Below are positions 46,558 to 55,824 of a stretch of DNA of 64,000 nt, piece after piece. The first letter of the stretch is position 1; the number at the start of each line of letters is the position of its first letter. A program made the position numbers and the translations under genes. The notes under the pieces are model-generated. The model had not been told where the DNA came from. It saw only the letters and a program-made list of their open reading frames with translations, and did no database searches. The DNA comes from an uncultured Candidatus Saccharibacteria bacterium (GTDB lineage: Bacteria; Patescibacteriota; Minisyncoccia; Phycocordibacterales; WO2-35-19): contig CAZPQX010000004.1 in the NCBI GenBank assembly GCA_964589445.1, positions 17,632 through 81,631 of the forward strand, read 5' to 3'.

Positions 46558-47997
46558 ATGAGTAAAAGTTTTTATATAACAACCACACTTCCTTATGTGA
46601 ATTCTGATCCGCATGTTGGTTTTGCTATGGAAATAATAAGAGCGGATGTTATCGCTAGATATAAAAAACTTTTAGGCTACGAGGTATTTTTTAATACCGG
46701 TACTGACGAACACGGTCAGAAGATTTTTGAAAAGGCCCTATCTCTCGGAAAGGATACACAGGAGTATGTTGATGAGTACGCTCTAAAATTTAAAGGTCTT
46801 AAATCCGCTCTCGGTCTAGACCAGGAGCTTCACTTCATAAGAACTACTGATGAACATCATAAAAAAGCAGCTCAAGAATTTTGGAATAGGTGTGCAGAAA
46901 AGGGTGACATATATAAAAAGAACTATAAAGTAAAATATTGCGTAGGTTGCGAGCTTGAAAAAACAGAATCAGAACTTGAAAATGATAGATGTATAGTCCA
47001 TCCAAATTTGAATCTTGAGATAAGGGAGGAGGAAAATTATTTTTTCAAGTGGAGTAAATATGAAAAACCTTTGCTTGATTTGTATGATAAAAATCCAGGG
47101 TTGGTTATCCCTGGATTTAGATTTAATGAAATAAAGGCCTTTGTAGAAAGGGGACTTCAGGATTTCAGTATCTCAAGATTGAAATCAAAAATGTCTTGGG
47201 GTGTGCCAGTGCCAGGGGACGAAGATCATGTGATGTATGTTTGGTTTGATGCTCTAGTCAACTACATCTCTACTTTGGGTTGGCCAGAGGATGAACAAAA
47301 TTTTGATAAGTTTTGGACAAACGGAACTCCTGTCCAATACGCAGGAAAGGATAACTTGAGGCAGCAGTCAGCTATGTGGCAGGCGATGCTTATGTCTGCT
47401 GGGTTACCAAATACACATACTATAGTTATAGATGGATTTATAACTTCTGGTGGCCACAAGATGAGTAAGTCTCTGGGTAATGTTATAAACCCTTATGACA
47501 TTGTCGCTGAGTACGGCACTGATGCTCTGAGATACTATTTGCTCCGAGAAATTTCTTCTTTTGAAGACGGAGATATGACTATAGAAAAATTTAAGGAAGT
47601 CTACAATGCCAACCTTGCAAATGGTCTCGGTAATTTAGTGAGTAGAATAATGAAGATGGCGACTGATAATCTTGATATCACTCCTGAAATCCCAGAAGAA
47701 TGGAAAAATAATACCATTATTCATGAATATCTGGATAAATTTGAAGTATCAAAGGCCATGGATCATATTTGGCTTAATATAGGTTTAATAGATAAAACTA
47801 TACAAGAGGAGCAACCTTTTAAAATTGTAAAAATAGACAAAGAGAAGGGTAAAAAAATGATTAAAGAATTGGTAAATAGATTACATGCTGTTGCCTATGC
47901 TCTTGGTGTTTTTCTCCCAGAAACTTCTTCAAAAATAAAAGCCCTTATAAAGGAAAACAAAACTCCTGAAGCTCCTCTTTTTGCCAGGAAAGACTAG
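46558..47997 (+). CDS. metG: Methionyl-tRNA synthetase (short form)
   Basis: TTTLPYVNSDPHVGFAME (HIGH-like), Zn knuckle CVGCE, KMSKSLGNVI. Confidence 0.85.
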   Translation: MSKSFYITTTLPYVNSDPHVGFAMEIIRADVIARYKKLLGYEVFFNTGTDEHGQKIFEKALSLGKDTQEYVDEYALKFKGLKSALGLDQELHFIRTTDEHHKKAAQEFWNRCAEKGDIYKKNYKVKYCVGCELEKTESELENDRCIVHPNLNLEIREEENYFFKWSKYEKPLLDLYDKNPGLVIPGFRFNEIKAFVERGLQDFSISRLKSKMSWGVPVPGDEDHVMYVWFDALVNYISTLGWPEDEQNFDKFWTNGTPVQYAGKDNLRQQSAMWQAMLMSAGLPNTHTIVIDGFITSGGHKMSKSLGNVINPYDIVAEYGTDALRYYLLREISSFEDGDMTIEKFKEVYNANLANGLGNLVSRIMKMATDNLDITPEIPEEWKNNTIIHEYLDKFEVSKAMDHIWLNIGLIDKTIQEEQPFKIVKIDKEKGKKMIKELVNRLHAVAYALGVFLPETSSKIKALIKENKTPEAPLFARKD

Positions 47998-48013
47998 TTT
48001 TGAATTAACTGAG

Positions 48014-48868
48014 ATGAAATACATCGATATACACTGTCACTTGGATTTTCCGGATTATGGAGCGGAAATTTCTGGTGTTTTAGAACGCATGAGAGATGGA
48101 GGGGTGGGTGCTGTTACTATCGGTACTGACCTAGAAAGCTCTAAGAAGGCTGTCAAAATATCGGAAGAAAATGAAAATGCCCGCCTGTCATCGCCTGAAG
48201 GCTCAGACAATGGTGGACAGGTTTGGGCGTGTATCGGGGTGCATCCGATACAAGAAACTGGCAGCCAGCAAGAACTTAAAAGAGCCGAGGATGTTATTTT
48301 TGAAGAAGGTGGATTCGAGGAACTGGTCAAAAGTCCAAAGGTTGTGGCGATAGGCGAGTGCGGTCTTGATTGGTTTCGTATACCCGAAGAAAAAATGAAG
48401 GAGGAGAGGAAGAGGCAGGGTACTCTTTTTGAGTCTCAGATAAACTTTGCTTTAAAACATGATAAGCCTTTGATGCTCCATTGCCGCAACTCTTATGATG
48501 ATGTTTTAGATATTTTAGAAGTTTACAAAAGAGAAGCTGGCGATAAACTAAGGGGTAATTCACATTTTTTTGCAGGAAATGTCGATCAAGCAAGGAGGTT
48601 CCTTGATATAGGATTTACACTTTCGTTTACAGGGGTCATTACCTTTACAAAAGACTATGATGAGGTTATCAAATTTATCCCTGATAATTCTATAATGTCT
48701 GAAACCGACGCTCCTTTTGTGGCTCCAGTGCCACACAGAGGCAAGAGAAACGAGCCTGTTTTTGTAAGGGAAGTAGTGGCTCGCATGGCTCAAATAAGAG
48801 GGGAGAGTGAGGAGGTGATGGCTAAAAAAATACTTCAAAATGCTCGTAATTTGTTTAGCTTGGCTTAA
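48014..48868 (+). CDS. tatD: TatD family metal-dependent hydrolase/DNase
   Basis: YIDIHCHLDF, ACIGVHP, ECGLDW, MLHCRNS, SETDAPF metal-ligand motifs. Extra ~35-aa loop after the first beta-strand. The track ORF starts at 47981, overlapping metG. Confidence 0.75.
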   Translation: MKYIDIHCHLDFPDYGAEISGVLERMRDGGVGAVTIGTDLESSKKAVKISEENENARLSSPEGSDNGGQVWACIGVHPIQETGSQQELKRAEDVIFEEGGFEELVKSPKVVAIGECGLDWFRIPEEKMKEERKRQGTLFESQINFALKHDKPLMLHCRNSYDDVLDILEVYKREAGDKLRGNSHFFAGNVDQARRFLDIGFTLSFTGVITFTKDYDEVIKFIPDNSIMSETDAPFVAPVPHRGKRNEPVFVREVVARMAQIRGESEEVMAKKILQNARNLFSLA

Positions 48869-49006
48869 TTGTCTTTTTATGATAGTTGTGGTATCTTGAG
48901 ATATCTGGACCAGAGGCATTTTTATTATAACAGCCTCTACTTGAGCAAAACAAAACCTTTGAAATTTTGAGGGTTGAGTGAGTAAGAGCGCCGTCCAGGT
49001 TAAATT

Positions 49007-49519
49007 ATGACAGAAAATTTGGAAGAAAATATTTTAGAAGAAGGGGACACCGATATATATGAAATCGGTTACCATTTATTGCCAACTATAGGCGATGAAA
49101 ATATGCTTGTAGAATCTTCAAAAATCAAAGAAATGATTTTGGGTTCAGGGGGACAGTTTGTTTCTGAAGGAGTGCCTTCAATGAAGCAGCTTGCTTACCC
49201 AATGATTAAGAAGCACGAAAACAAGAATCTTAACTTTACTAAGGCATACTTTGGCTGGGTAAAGTTTGAGGCTCCAACATCTAAAATAGAAGAAATAAAT
49301 AAAAATATAGAAGCAAACCAGAACGTTCTTAGGTTTCTTACAATAAAGACTGTTAAGGAAAGCACACTTTATACTCCTAAGGCACCAATGTTCAAAAAAG
49401 AAGAACATAAGGGAGATATCAAAGTAGACACAGAGGAGCTTCCAGTTGAGAATAAAGCACCTGTATCTGAAACAGAAATAGATAAGAGTATTGATGATCT
49501 TGTAACAACTATTAATTAA
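49007..49519 (+). CDS. rpsF: Ribosomal protein S6 (with acidic C-terminal extension)
   Basis: QLAYPM...KAYFGWVKFEAP...VLRFLTIKT matches the S6 core. First gene of the conserved rpsF-ssb-rpsR operon. Confidence 0.75.
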   Translation: MTENLEENILEEGDTDIYEIGYHLLPTIGDENMLVESSKIKEMILGSGGQFVSEGVPSMKQLAYPMIKKHENKNLNFTKAYFGWVKFEAPTSKIEEINKNIEANQNVLRFLTIKTVKESTLYTPKAPMFKKEEHKGDIKVDTEELPVENKAPVSETEIDKSIDDLVTTIN

Positions 49520-49534
49520 GTTAAGTATAAAATT

Positions 49535-49984
49535 ATGTATATCAATAAGGCGATAATTTACGGTAACCTTACAAGGGATCCGGAACTCAAATCTCTTCCT
49601 TCGGGTATACAGGTGTGTGAAATCGGAGTGGCTACAAACAGGACTTGGAAAGATAAAAATGGTGCTAAACAAGAATCAACTGATTATCACAATGTGGTTA
49701 CTTTTGGTAAGCAGGCTGAGCTCGTGAAGCAATATCTTTCTAAGGGAAATGGCATTTTTATTGAGGGCAGGATCCAGACAAGAAGCTGGGATGCTCAAGA
49801 CGGAACCAAGAGGTATAGGACAGAAATAGTGGCTGATAGGATACAATTTGGTCCTAAAGGTGGCCCTGCTGCCCCTGGTGCTTATCAAAAGAGTGCTCCT
49901 GTTCAGAAGAAAGAAGACCAACCAGAAACACCAACTATAGATTACCCAGAAGAAGAAATAAATGCCGAAGATATACCATTCTAA
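49535..49984 (+). CDS. ssb: Single-stranded DNA-binding protein
   Basis: MYINKAIIYGNLTRDPEL... OB fold, Gly/Pro-rich tail ending in acidic DIPF. Confidence 0.85.
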   Translation: MYINKAIIYGNLTRDPELKSLPSGIQVCEIGVATNRTWKDKNGAKQESTDYHNVVTFGKQAELVKQYLSKGNGIFIEGRIQTRSWDAQDGTKRYRTEIVADRIQFGPKGGPAAPGAYQKSAPVQKKEDQPETPTIDYPEEEINAEDIPF

Positions 49985-50008
49985 TTATTAAATCGCTAGA
50001 TAGATTAT

Positions 50009-50215
50009 ATGAAAAAACAAAATTGTTACTTTAAGCAGAACGGAATAAAGCACATAGATTATAAGGACACTGATCTTTTGAAAAAGTTTCTCAATCCTCA
50101 TGCTCGAATCCTTGGTAAGAAGAGGACTGGAGTATCGGCTGAATACCAAAAGAAGCTTGCTACAGCTATAAAAAGAGCTAGATTTATGGGTCTACTACCT
50201 TACATTTCTCACTAA
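50009..50215 (+). CDS. rpsR: Ribosomal protein S18
   Basis: IDYKDTDLLKKFL...AEYQKKLATAIKRARFMGLLPY matches S18. Confidence 0.85.
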   Translation: MKKQNCYFKQNGIKHIDYKDTDLLKKFLNPHARILGKKRTGVSAEYQKKLATAIKRARFMGLLPYISH

Positions 50216-50235
50216 ATAAAATTCCAGTTTAAAAC

Positions 50236-50270
50236 AAAACACTCCCGGCTCTGCGGGAGTGTTTTGTTTT
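50236..50270. terminator. Intrinsic terminator after rpsR (bidirectional position with efp)
   Basis: cactcccg-gctctg-cgggagtg: 8-bp stem followed by ttttgtttt. Confidence 0.7.
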
Positions 50271-50315
50271 ACTTGTTTATATTTTTTAAACTGTCTCAAT
50301 CTTCAGTTTTTGTGA

Positions 50316-50876
50316 TTAAGCTCTCTCAACATATTCACCAGTTTCTGTATTTACCACTATAGTATTTCCTTCTTCTATGAAAAGAGGTGCGTTTACAGAG
50401 GCTCCAGTCTCTACTTTGACTACTTTATTGCCTCCTTGAGCTGTATTGCCTCGCATGTTTGGAGGAGCTTCTACTACTTTCAAATTTATTTTTATTGGTA
50501 GCTTAACACCAATTATTTTGTCTTCAAAAATCATTGCCTTGGCTGTTGTGCCAGCCTTCAAAAACTTTGCACCTAAGCCAACCTGAGTATCTGAAAGAGG
50601 AAACCTTTTTGATTTGTCATCCATTTCATGGAACCAGTATTCTCCTTTTTGTTCGTATATGAAGCTTATCTGTTTTTCCTCGAGTTCGGCCTCTTCTGCT
50701 TTCTCTGACTGATGAAAGGAGTACTCAGTGACTCTACCAGTGATCATGTTTTTGAGTTTGGTCGCGTTTACGGGTTTTCTTTGTTGCTTTCTAAACACAT
50801 GAGATGCCAAAACCTCCCAAGGTTCATTATCAAATATTATAAATTTTCCAATTGTTATTTCGTTGTATTCAAGCAT
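50316..50876 (-). CDS. efp: Elongation factor P
   Basis: 186 aa; KOW-like N-terminal domain (GKFIIFDNEPWEVL), conserved TKLKNMITG loop. Confidence 0.9.
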   Translation of the reverse strand: MLEYNEITIGKFIIFDNEPWEVLASHVFRKQQRKPVNATKLKNMITGRVTEYSFHQSEKAEEAELEEKQISFIYEQKGEYWFHEMDDKSKRFPLSDTQVGLGAKFLKAGTTAKAMIFEDKIIGVKLPIKINLKVVEAPPNMRGNTAQGGNKVVKVETGASVNAPLFIEEGNTIVVNTETGEYVERA

Positions 50877-50945
50877 TTCTGATTTTTGTTAGCAGAGTAA
50901 AAACGCCAAAGGCCAGGCAATAGTAACCTAAAAATTTAAAAAAGT

Positions 50946-52025
50946 CTATTCCTCTGGTTCCTCTTCTTTTTCTTCTGTTTCTGTGACAGGGGAGACTGAG
51001 CCACCGCGTTCAAGAAGCTTTTCTTTTATCTTTAACAGCAATTCATCGCTTGTTTCGGTATTTTGTTTAAGAAATTGTCTTGTGGCATCATAACCTCTAC
51101 CAAGTGGCATGTCGCCGTATTTATATGAGGCTCCTGATTTTTGTATCATGCCAAGCTTTTCTCCTAGGGCGATTATTTCTCCTTCTCTTGATATACCTTC
51201 GTTGTACATCAGGTCAAATTCTGTTTGTTTAAATGGTGCCGCCACCTTATTTTTAACTACCTTTACTCTTACTCTTCCACCCATCACTTCCTCACCTTTT
51301 TTGATCTGAGCTATCCTCCTTATGTCGAGCCTGACTGAAGTGTAAAATTTGAGAGCTTTTCCTCCTGGTGTTGTTTCTGGGTTGCCAAACATTACTCCAA
51401 TTTGCATTCTTATTTGGTTTATAAATATGACTATAGTTTTAGATTTGGCGACTATGGCGGTGAGCTTCCTAAGTGCCTGACTCATAAGTCTTGCTTGTTT
51501 ACCTACATGGTGTGCACCCATATCACCTTCAATTTCGTCTTTAGGTGTAAGGGCGGCTACAGAGTCAATAACTATCACATCTAGCTTGCTAGATCTGACA
51601 AGTGACTCTACTATTTCAAGGGCCTGTTCACCTGTGTCTGGTTGTGAAATGAGAAGCTCATCTATTTTTACACCTATCCTTTTTGCATATTCTGGGTCAA
51701 GGGCGTGTTCTGCGTCGATAAAGGCACAAATTCCACTATGTTTTTGAGCCTCTGCAATCACATGTAAAGAAAGGGTTGTTTTACCTGAAGATTCTGGACC
51801 AAATATTTCGATAATCCTGCCTCTAGGTAGGCCACCCACCCCAAGGGCCGTGTCTAATCCTATAGAACCAGTGCTTATGCTACCCACATCTACTCTAGGC
51901 GCTTCTCCTAGGGTCATTATGGCATCTTCTCCAAATTTGGTTTTTATCTCTTTTATGGTGTCTAATATTTTGCTTGATCCGCTGTTTTCGCTTTTACTGA
52001 CCTGACCCTTTGTTTTCTTTGCCAT
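50946..52025 (-). CDS. recA: Recombinase RecA
   Basis: Walker A motif [10 protein letters not shown], Walker B motif [10 protein letters not shown]1/L2 loops, acidic C-terminal tail. Confidence 0.95.
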   Translation of the reverse strand: MAKKTKGQVSKSENSGSSKILDTIKEIKTKFGEDAIMTLGEAPRVDVGSISTGSIGLDTALGVGGLPRGRIIEIFGPESSGKTTLSLHVIAEAQKHSGICAFIDAEHALDPEYAKRIGVKIDELLISQPDTGEQALEIVESLVRSSKLDVIVIDSVAALTPKDEIEGDMGAHHVGKQARLMSQALRKLTAIVAKSKTIVIFINQIRMQIGVMFGNPETTPGGKALKFYTSVRLDIRRIAQIKKGEEVMGGRVRVKVVKNKVAAPFKQTEFDLMYNEGISREGEIIALGEKLGMIQKSGASYKYGDMPLGRGYDATRQFLKQNTETSDELLLKIKEKLLERGGSVSPVTETEEKEEEPEE

Positions 52026-52035
52026 GATTTTGGTA

Positions 52036-52449
52036 TTAATTTTCTTCTTTGTAATTATCCTCTATTTGCTCTACATAATACACCTTTATTAGCTTTTTAA
52101 CCTCATTTTTAAATCTATCCTTGGCTTTTAACTCTATTATATTGGAGCCAGGGGATAATAGTATTTTTTCTTCAAATACACCATCTGTATCCACAAGTAT
52201 GCGTCTCTCGTTTAGGGTGATAGCGGATATATTTTTAGCTTCGCCCTTTATTCTTATAATTTTATCATTTGTTTCCAGGTTTTCTGATGAAGGAGAATAG
52301 ATGTCTATCGTAGGCCCGATGATCATGCCTCTAGCATTATAAAAACCATAAAATGTCATGAATAGGAAAAGTAAAAAAACAGATATTTTCTTTACTCTGG
52401 ATTCCAAGCTTTTATTAAGGGAATTTTTTTCTATTTTCTCAAAAGTCAT
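52036..52449 (-). CDS. Hypothetical membrane-anchored protein (137 aa)
   Basis: N-terminal TM ([16 protein letters not shown]); overlaps the ftsK 3' end by 11 nt, suggesting an operon. Confidence 0.4.
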   Translation of the reverse strand: MTFEKIEKNSLNKSLESRVKKISVFLLFLFMTFYGFYNARGMIIGPTIDIYSPSSENLETNDKIIRIKGEAKNISAITLNERRILVDTDGVFEEKILLSPGSNIIELKAKDRFKNEVKKLIKVYYVEQIEDNYKEEN

Positions 52450-54619
52450 TTTCTTTTTCTTCTATTGATTCGGTTTCGAAATTAGCTCCTCCGTCTGGTT
52501 TGATGAGTACATCTCTTGGTTTCGAGCCACTGCCTTCCCCAATAACTCCTTTTTCCTCGAGTATGTCCATGAGTCTTGCTGCGCGGGCATAGCCTATGCG
52601 GAGCTTCCTTTGAAGATAAGAAGTAGATGCTTTACCTGCTCTTATTACAGTTTCTCTAGCTTCTTCGTACAAATCATCTTCGTCACCACCATCTTCGGAC
52701 ACTGAGTCAAAAATAACATTTTTGCTCTCAGCCTCTTTTTCCATATCAATACTTGTAGGTATCTCGTCCTCGCTGTTTTTTATGAGGTAGTCAGTAACCT
52801 TTTTTACTTCTGACTCTGATATATAAGGTGACTGAAGTCTTATTGGTTTTGACATTTCGCCTGATAGGTAAAGCATGTCTCCTGCACCCATAAGTTTCTC
52901 TGCTCCTGCGCCATCGAGTATGGTCCTAGAGTCAAATTGTGAAGCTACTTGTAGCGCGATCCTGGCTGGTACGTTTGCTTTGATTAGACCAGTGATCACG
53001 TTGACGCTTGGTCTTTGAGTTGAAAGTATAAGATGTATTCCTACTGCGCGGCTCATTTGTGCAAGTCTCACGATCGCCGATTCAAGTTCTCTTGGGTATG
53101 CTTGCATTATATCAGCAAGCTCATCTATCACAACCACAATATACGGCATCAGCTCTATTTCACTATTTGTCTCTTTGTTTTTCCTAAGGCTTTCAAGTTC
53201 GGGGGCTAGGATGTTTTTGTGATAGGACTCTATGTCTCTTGTCTTCTTACCCTCAAGCACATTATACCTTCTATCCATTTCTTTTGCCGCCCACTTGAGA
53301 GACATTATTGCCTTTTTTGCGTCAGTTATCACTGGTGTAAGCAAATGTGGGATTTTGTTGTATTGAGTAAGCTCAACCCTCTTAGGGTCTATCATGAGAA
53401 GTTTTAGATTTTCTGGTGAGTTTCTAAAAAGAAGGGAGTTGATTATTGCGTGTATCGTCACAGATTTACCGCTACCTGTGGTACCCGCGATAAGTAGGTG
53501 TGGCATTTTGGCCAAGTTTGCAAACGTGGCGTTACCTGAAATGCCCTTACCTAATGATACAAGTAGAGGTTTTTCTGAAGATTTATAATCTTCTTGTGAT
53601 AGAAGGGAAGCAAGGCCCACTGTGGTTTTCACTACATTTGGTATTTCAATACCGACAAGTGACTTTCCTGGTATAGGTGCTTCAATCCTTACAGGGTGTG
53701 CTGCCAGGGCAAGTTCGAGGTTGTTTTGGAGGCCAAGTATTTTAGAAAGTTTTACTCCTTCTGCTGGTTTTAGTGCGTACCTCGTGACCGATGGTCCTAT
53801 TGATATTTCATCCATCTCTACCACTATACCGAAATTCAAGAGGGTTCTTTTTATTATATTTGCATTAGCTTTTATATCTCCAACTTCTGGTTTACCTTTG
53901 TCTCTTTCGAGTAGTGAAATAGGGGGTAGGGAAAATGGTTTTAGTAGGAGAGAATTTTTAAATATATTTATTTCAGAATCCTCTGATGCAACAGGTTTTT
54001 TTGCGACCACCTCTGCTACTTTTGTTTTTAGAGACTCATTCACTACCTCTCCGTTGTTTATTATTTTGGTTTCTTTTTTTGGAATTTCTATTTCTTCTTC
54101 CTGCTCTTCTTCTGGTTTTTTCTTTCTAAATAGTTCTACCAAGGAAGAGAAGTTTATGGTGGTGTCAAATATCACAAGGATGCTTATGACCACGAGTGCT
54201 CCTAATATGATTGATGTGGCGTAGCTTTCAAAAAGCCTTACAAGTGGTATGTGTAAAAATTTACCAACAAGACCTCCTTTGTCTGTCAGGGTTAGGTCTA
54301 GAAGGGCCAAAGATGATAAAAAGAAAAGTATAGCTCCAACAGCTCTGGTTGCTCCAAATGAATGCTTCATTGACTTAGCAAAGGAGATAGAAAGTAGTAG
54401 GCACAGTATTGGAATTAGAAAATATCCTAGACCAAATAATATGCTAAACCATTCATAAATCTTATCGCCAACAGCCCCAGCCATACCAAGGGAAGATAGT
54501 ATGGAAATAATAAAAAGTACGAAAAAAACTACCGCAACTATCATAGAAAAAGTCTCATCCTTTAAACCATTTTTTTCACTATCTATAAGTGTATCTTTTT
54601 TTGTTTTTCTTCTGCCCAT
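52439..54619 (-). CDS. ftsK: DNA translocase FtsK/SpoIIIE
   Basis: N-terminal 4-5 TM helices, linker, motor domain with Walker A motif GTTGSGKS, Walker B motif VVVIDELAD, C-terminal gamma winged helix. Confidence 0.9.
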   Translation of the reverse strand: MGRRKTKKDTLIDSEKNGLKDETFSMIVAVVFFVLFIISILSSLGMAGAVGDKIYEWFSILFGLGYFLIPILCLLLSISFAKSMKHSFGATRAVGAILFFLSSLALLDLTLTDKGGLVGKFLHIPLVRLFESYATSIILGALVVISILVIFDTTINFSSLVELFRKKKPEEEQEEEIEIPKKETKIINNGEVVNESLKTKVAEVVAKKPVASEDSEINIFKNSLLLKPFSLPPISLLERDKGKPEVGDIKANANIIKRTLLNFGIVVEMDEISIGPSVTRYALKPAEGVKLSKILGLQNNLELALAAHPVRIEAPIPGKSLVGIEIPNVVKTTVGLASLLSQEDYKSSEKPLLVSLGKGISGNATFANLAKMPHLLIAGTTGSGKSVTIHAIINSLLFRNSPENLKLLMIDPKRVELTQYNKIPHLLTPVITDAKKAIMSLKWAAKEMDRRYNVLEGKKTRDIESYHKNILAPELESLRKNKETNSEIELMPYIVVVIDELADIMQAYPRELESAIVRLAQMSRAVGIHLILSTQRPSVNVITGLIKANVPARIALQVASQFDSRTILDGAGAEKLMGAGDMLYLSGEMSKPIRLQSPYISESEVKKVTDYLIKNSEDEIPTSIDMEKEAESKNVIFDSVSEDGGDEDDLYEEARETVIRAGKASTSYLQRKLRIGYARAARLMDILEEKGVIGEGSGSKPRDVLIKPDGGANFETESIEEKENDF

Positions 54620-54821
54620 TTTTGTATTCTTATGAATTGTAACATAACGAATCTGTTAATTTTAGAAGTAGTGTTGACTTAGTCTATAAGACAATATAAC
54701 CTTCATATAAGCCATAATTTTCTTTATTGACTTTTTATGTCTTTTTGTATATAATATATAGGACAGTAATAAAGTACATAAAGTCCGATATAAGACAGTA
54801 GTCTTTTAAAATATCAAAATA

Positions 54822-55532
54822 ATGAACAGTTTAACAACCTCAAATACTGATTTTAATCAAATATATAAACATTCTCAGAGGATAGCCGCTGCGGTCTTTG
54901 CCGTCTCTTCTGTCATAGACAATAATGAAGAATTAAAGACAAAACTGAAGAGTGTCTCTATAGAAGTTGTCTCTATGACTATAAACTTAAAAGACAAAGA
55001 TTCTTTAGATATAAAAAAAGTACTTAACGAAATCCAGAAAAAAACTCTCTTGCTTATGTCACTCCTCGACATCGCATCTTTGTCTGGACTTATATCAAAA
55101 ATGAATGGGGAAGTTTTGAACGAGGAGTTCAAGGGGTTTATTTCTGGTCTACAAAAATTTGAAAATAATTTTGATCATGAAAGAAAAAATTCTGTAGAAA
55201 ATATTCTTAAAAGTGAAGCTAGTGATATAAATTTCGGAAGTCAGGAAAATGTATTAACCCAGCAAAACTTGGCAAATCATCAAAATTTTTTACCCAGAAG
55301 TAATGTTAAGAATCAATTAAAACCCCAGTCTGATACAAGTAGAAAAGCTTCTAGGAAGACAGCAATCCTAGAGTTTATTAAAGACAATAGTAATTCAAGT
55401 ATAAAGGACATAGTGCCTAATATCATAGGCTGCAGTGAAAAAACGATTCAAAGGGAGCTCATAGATCTTATAAATGAAGGAAAAATAAGGAAAGTGGGGG
55501 AAAGAAGGTGGAGTAGATACTCATTAATATAG
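54822..55532 (+). CDS. Hypothetical protein with C-terminal DeoR-like winged helix-turn-helix
   Basis: C-terminal ILEFIKDNSNSSIKDIVPNIIGCSEKTIQRELIDLINEGKIRKVGERRWSRY resembles HTH_DeoR/HTH_11. N-terminal 180 aa unknown, helical. Confidence 0.45.
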   Translation: MNSLTTSNTDFNQIYKHSQRIAAAVFAVSSVIDNNEELKTKLKSVSIEVVSMTINLKDKDSLDIKKVLNEIQKKTLLLMSLLDIASLSGLISKMNGEVLNEEFKGFISGLQKFENNFDHERKNSVENILKSEASDINFGSQENVLTQQNLANHQNFLPRSNVKNQLKPQSDTSRKASRKTAILEFIKDNSNSSIKDIVPNIIGCSEKTIQRELIDLINEGKIRKVGERRWSRYSLI

Positions 55533-55824
55533 ACAATATAATGAAATTGCTAGCCCGTGATTTCGATATAAGTACGATTGACTATTTGCTTTATTTGTGA
55601 AATCATAGGCTAGCTGTTTTATCCACACATATATATTTGATAAGTGTGGCTAAGGCGGTAAAATTCCTTTAATACTGGGCCGGTTGTTTCTTGTCGATTA
55701 CAGAAGCAGCAGGTTTAGTTGAAAAAATTATTAAGTCATTATCAGTTTCAGGTGATTCTTTAATTGGTCTCACTTGAAAGTAATCATTCGAACTACTTCA
55801 CAAAATTAGAATAAGAAGTATCGG

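Noticed and set aside
49178-49672. 164-aa minus-strand ORF spanning the rpsF/ssb junction
   Set aside because: Antisense shadow ORF across two well-supported genes of the conserved rpsF-ssb-rpsR operon.
53622-54224. 200-aa plus-strand ORF inside ftsK
   Set aside because: Ser/Phe-rich low-complexity translation antisense to a well-supported FtsK motor domain.
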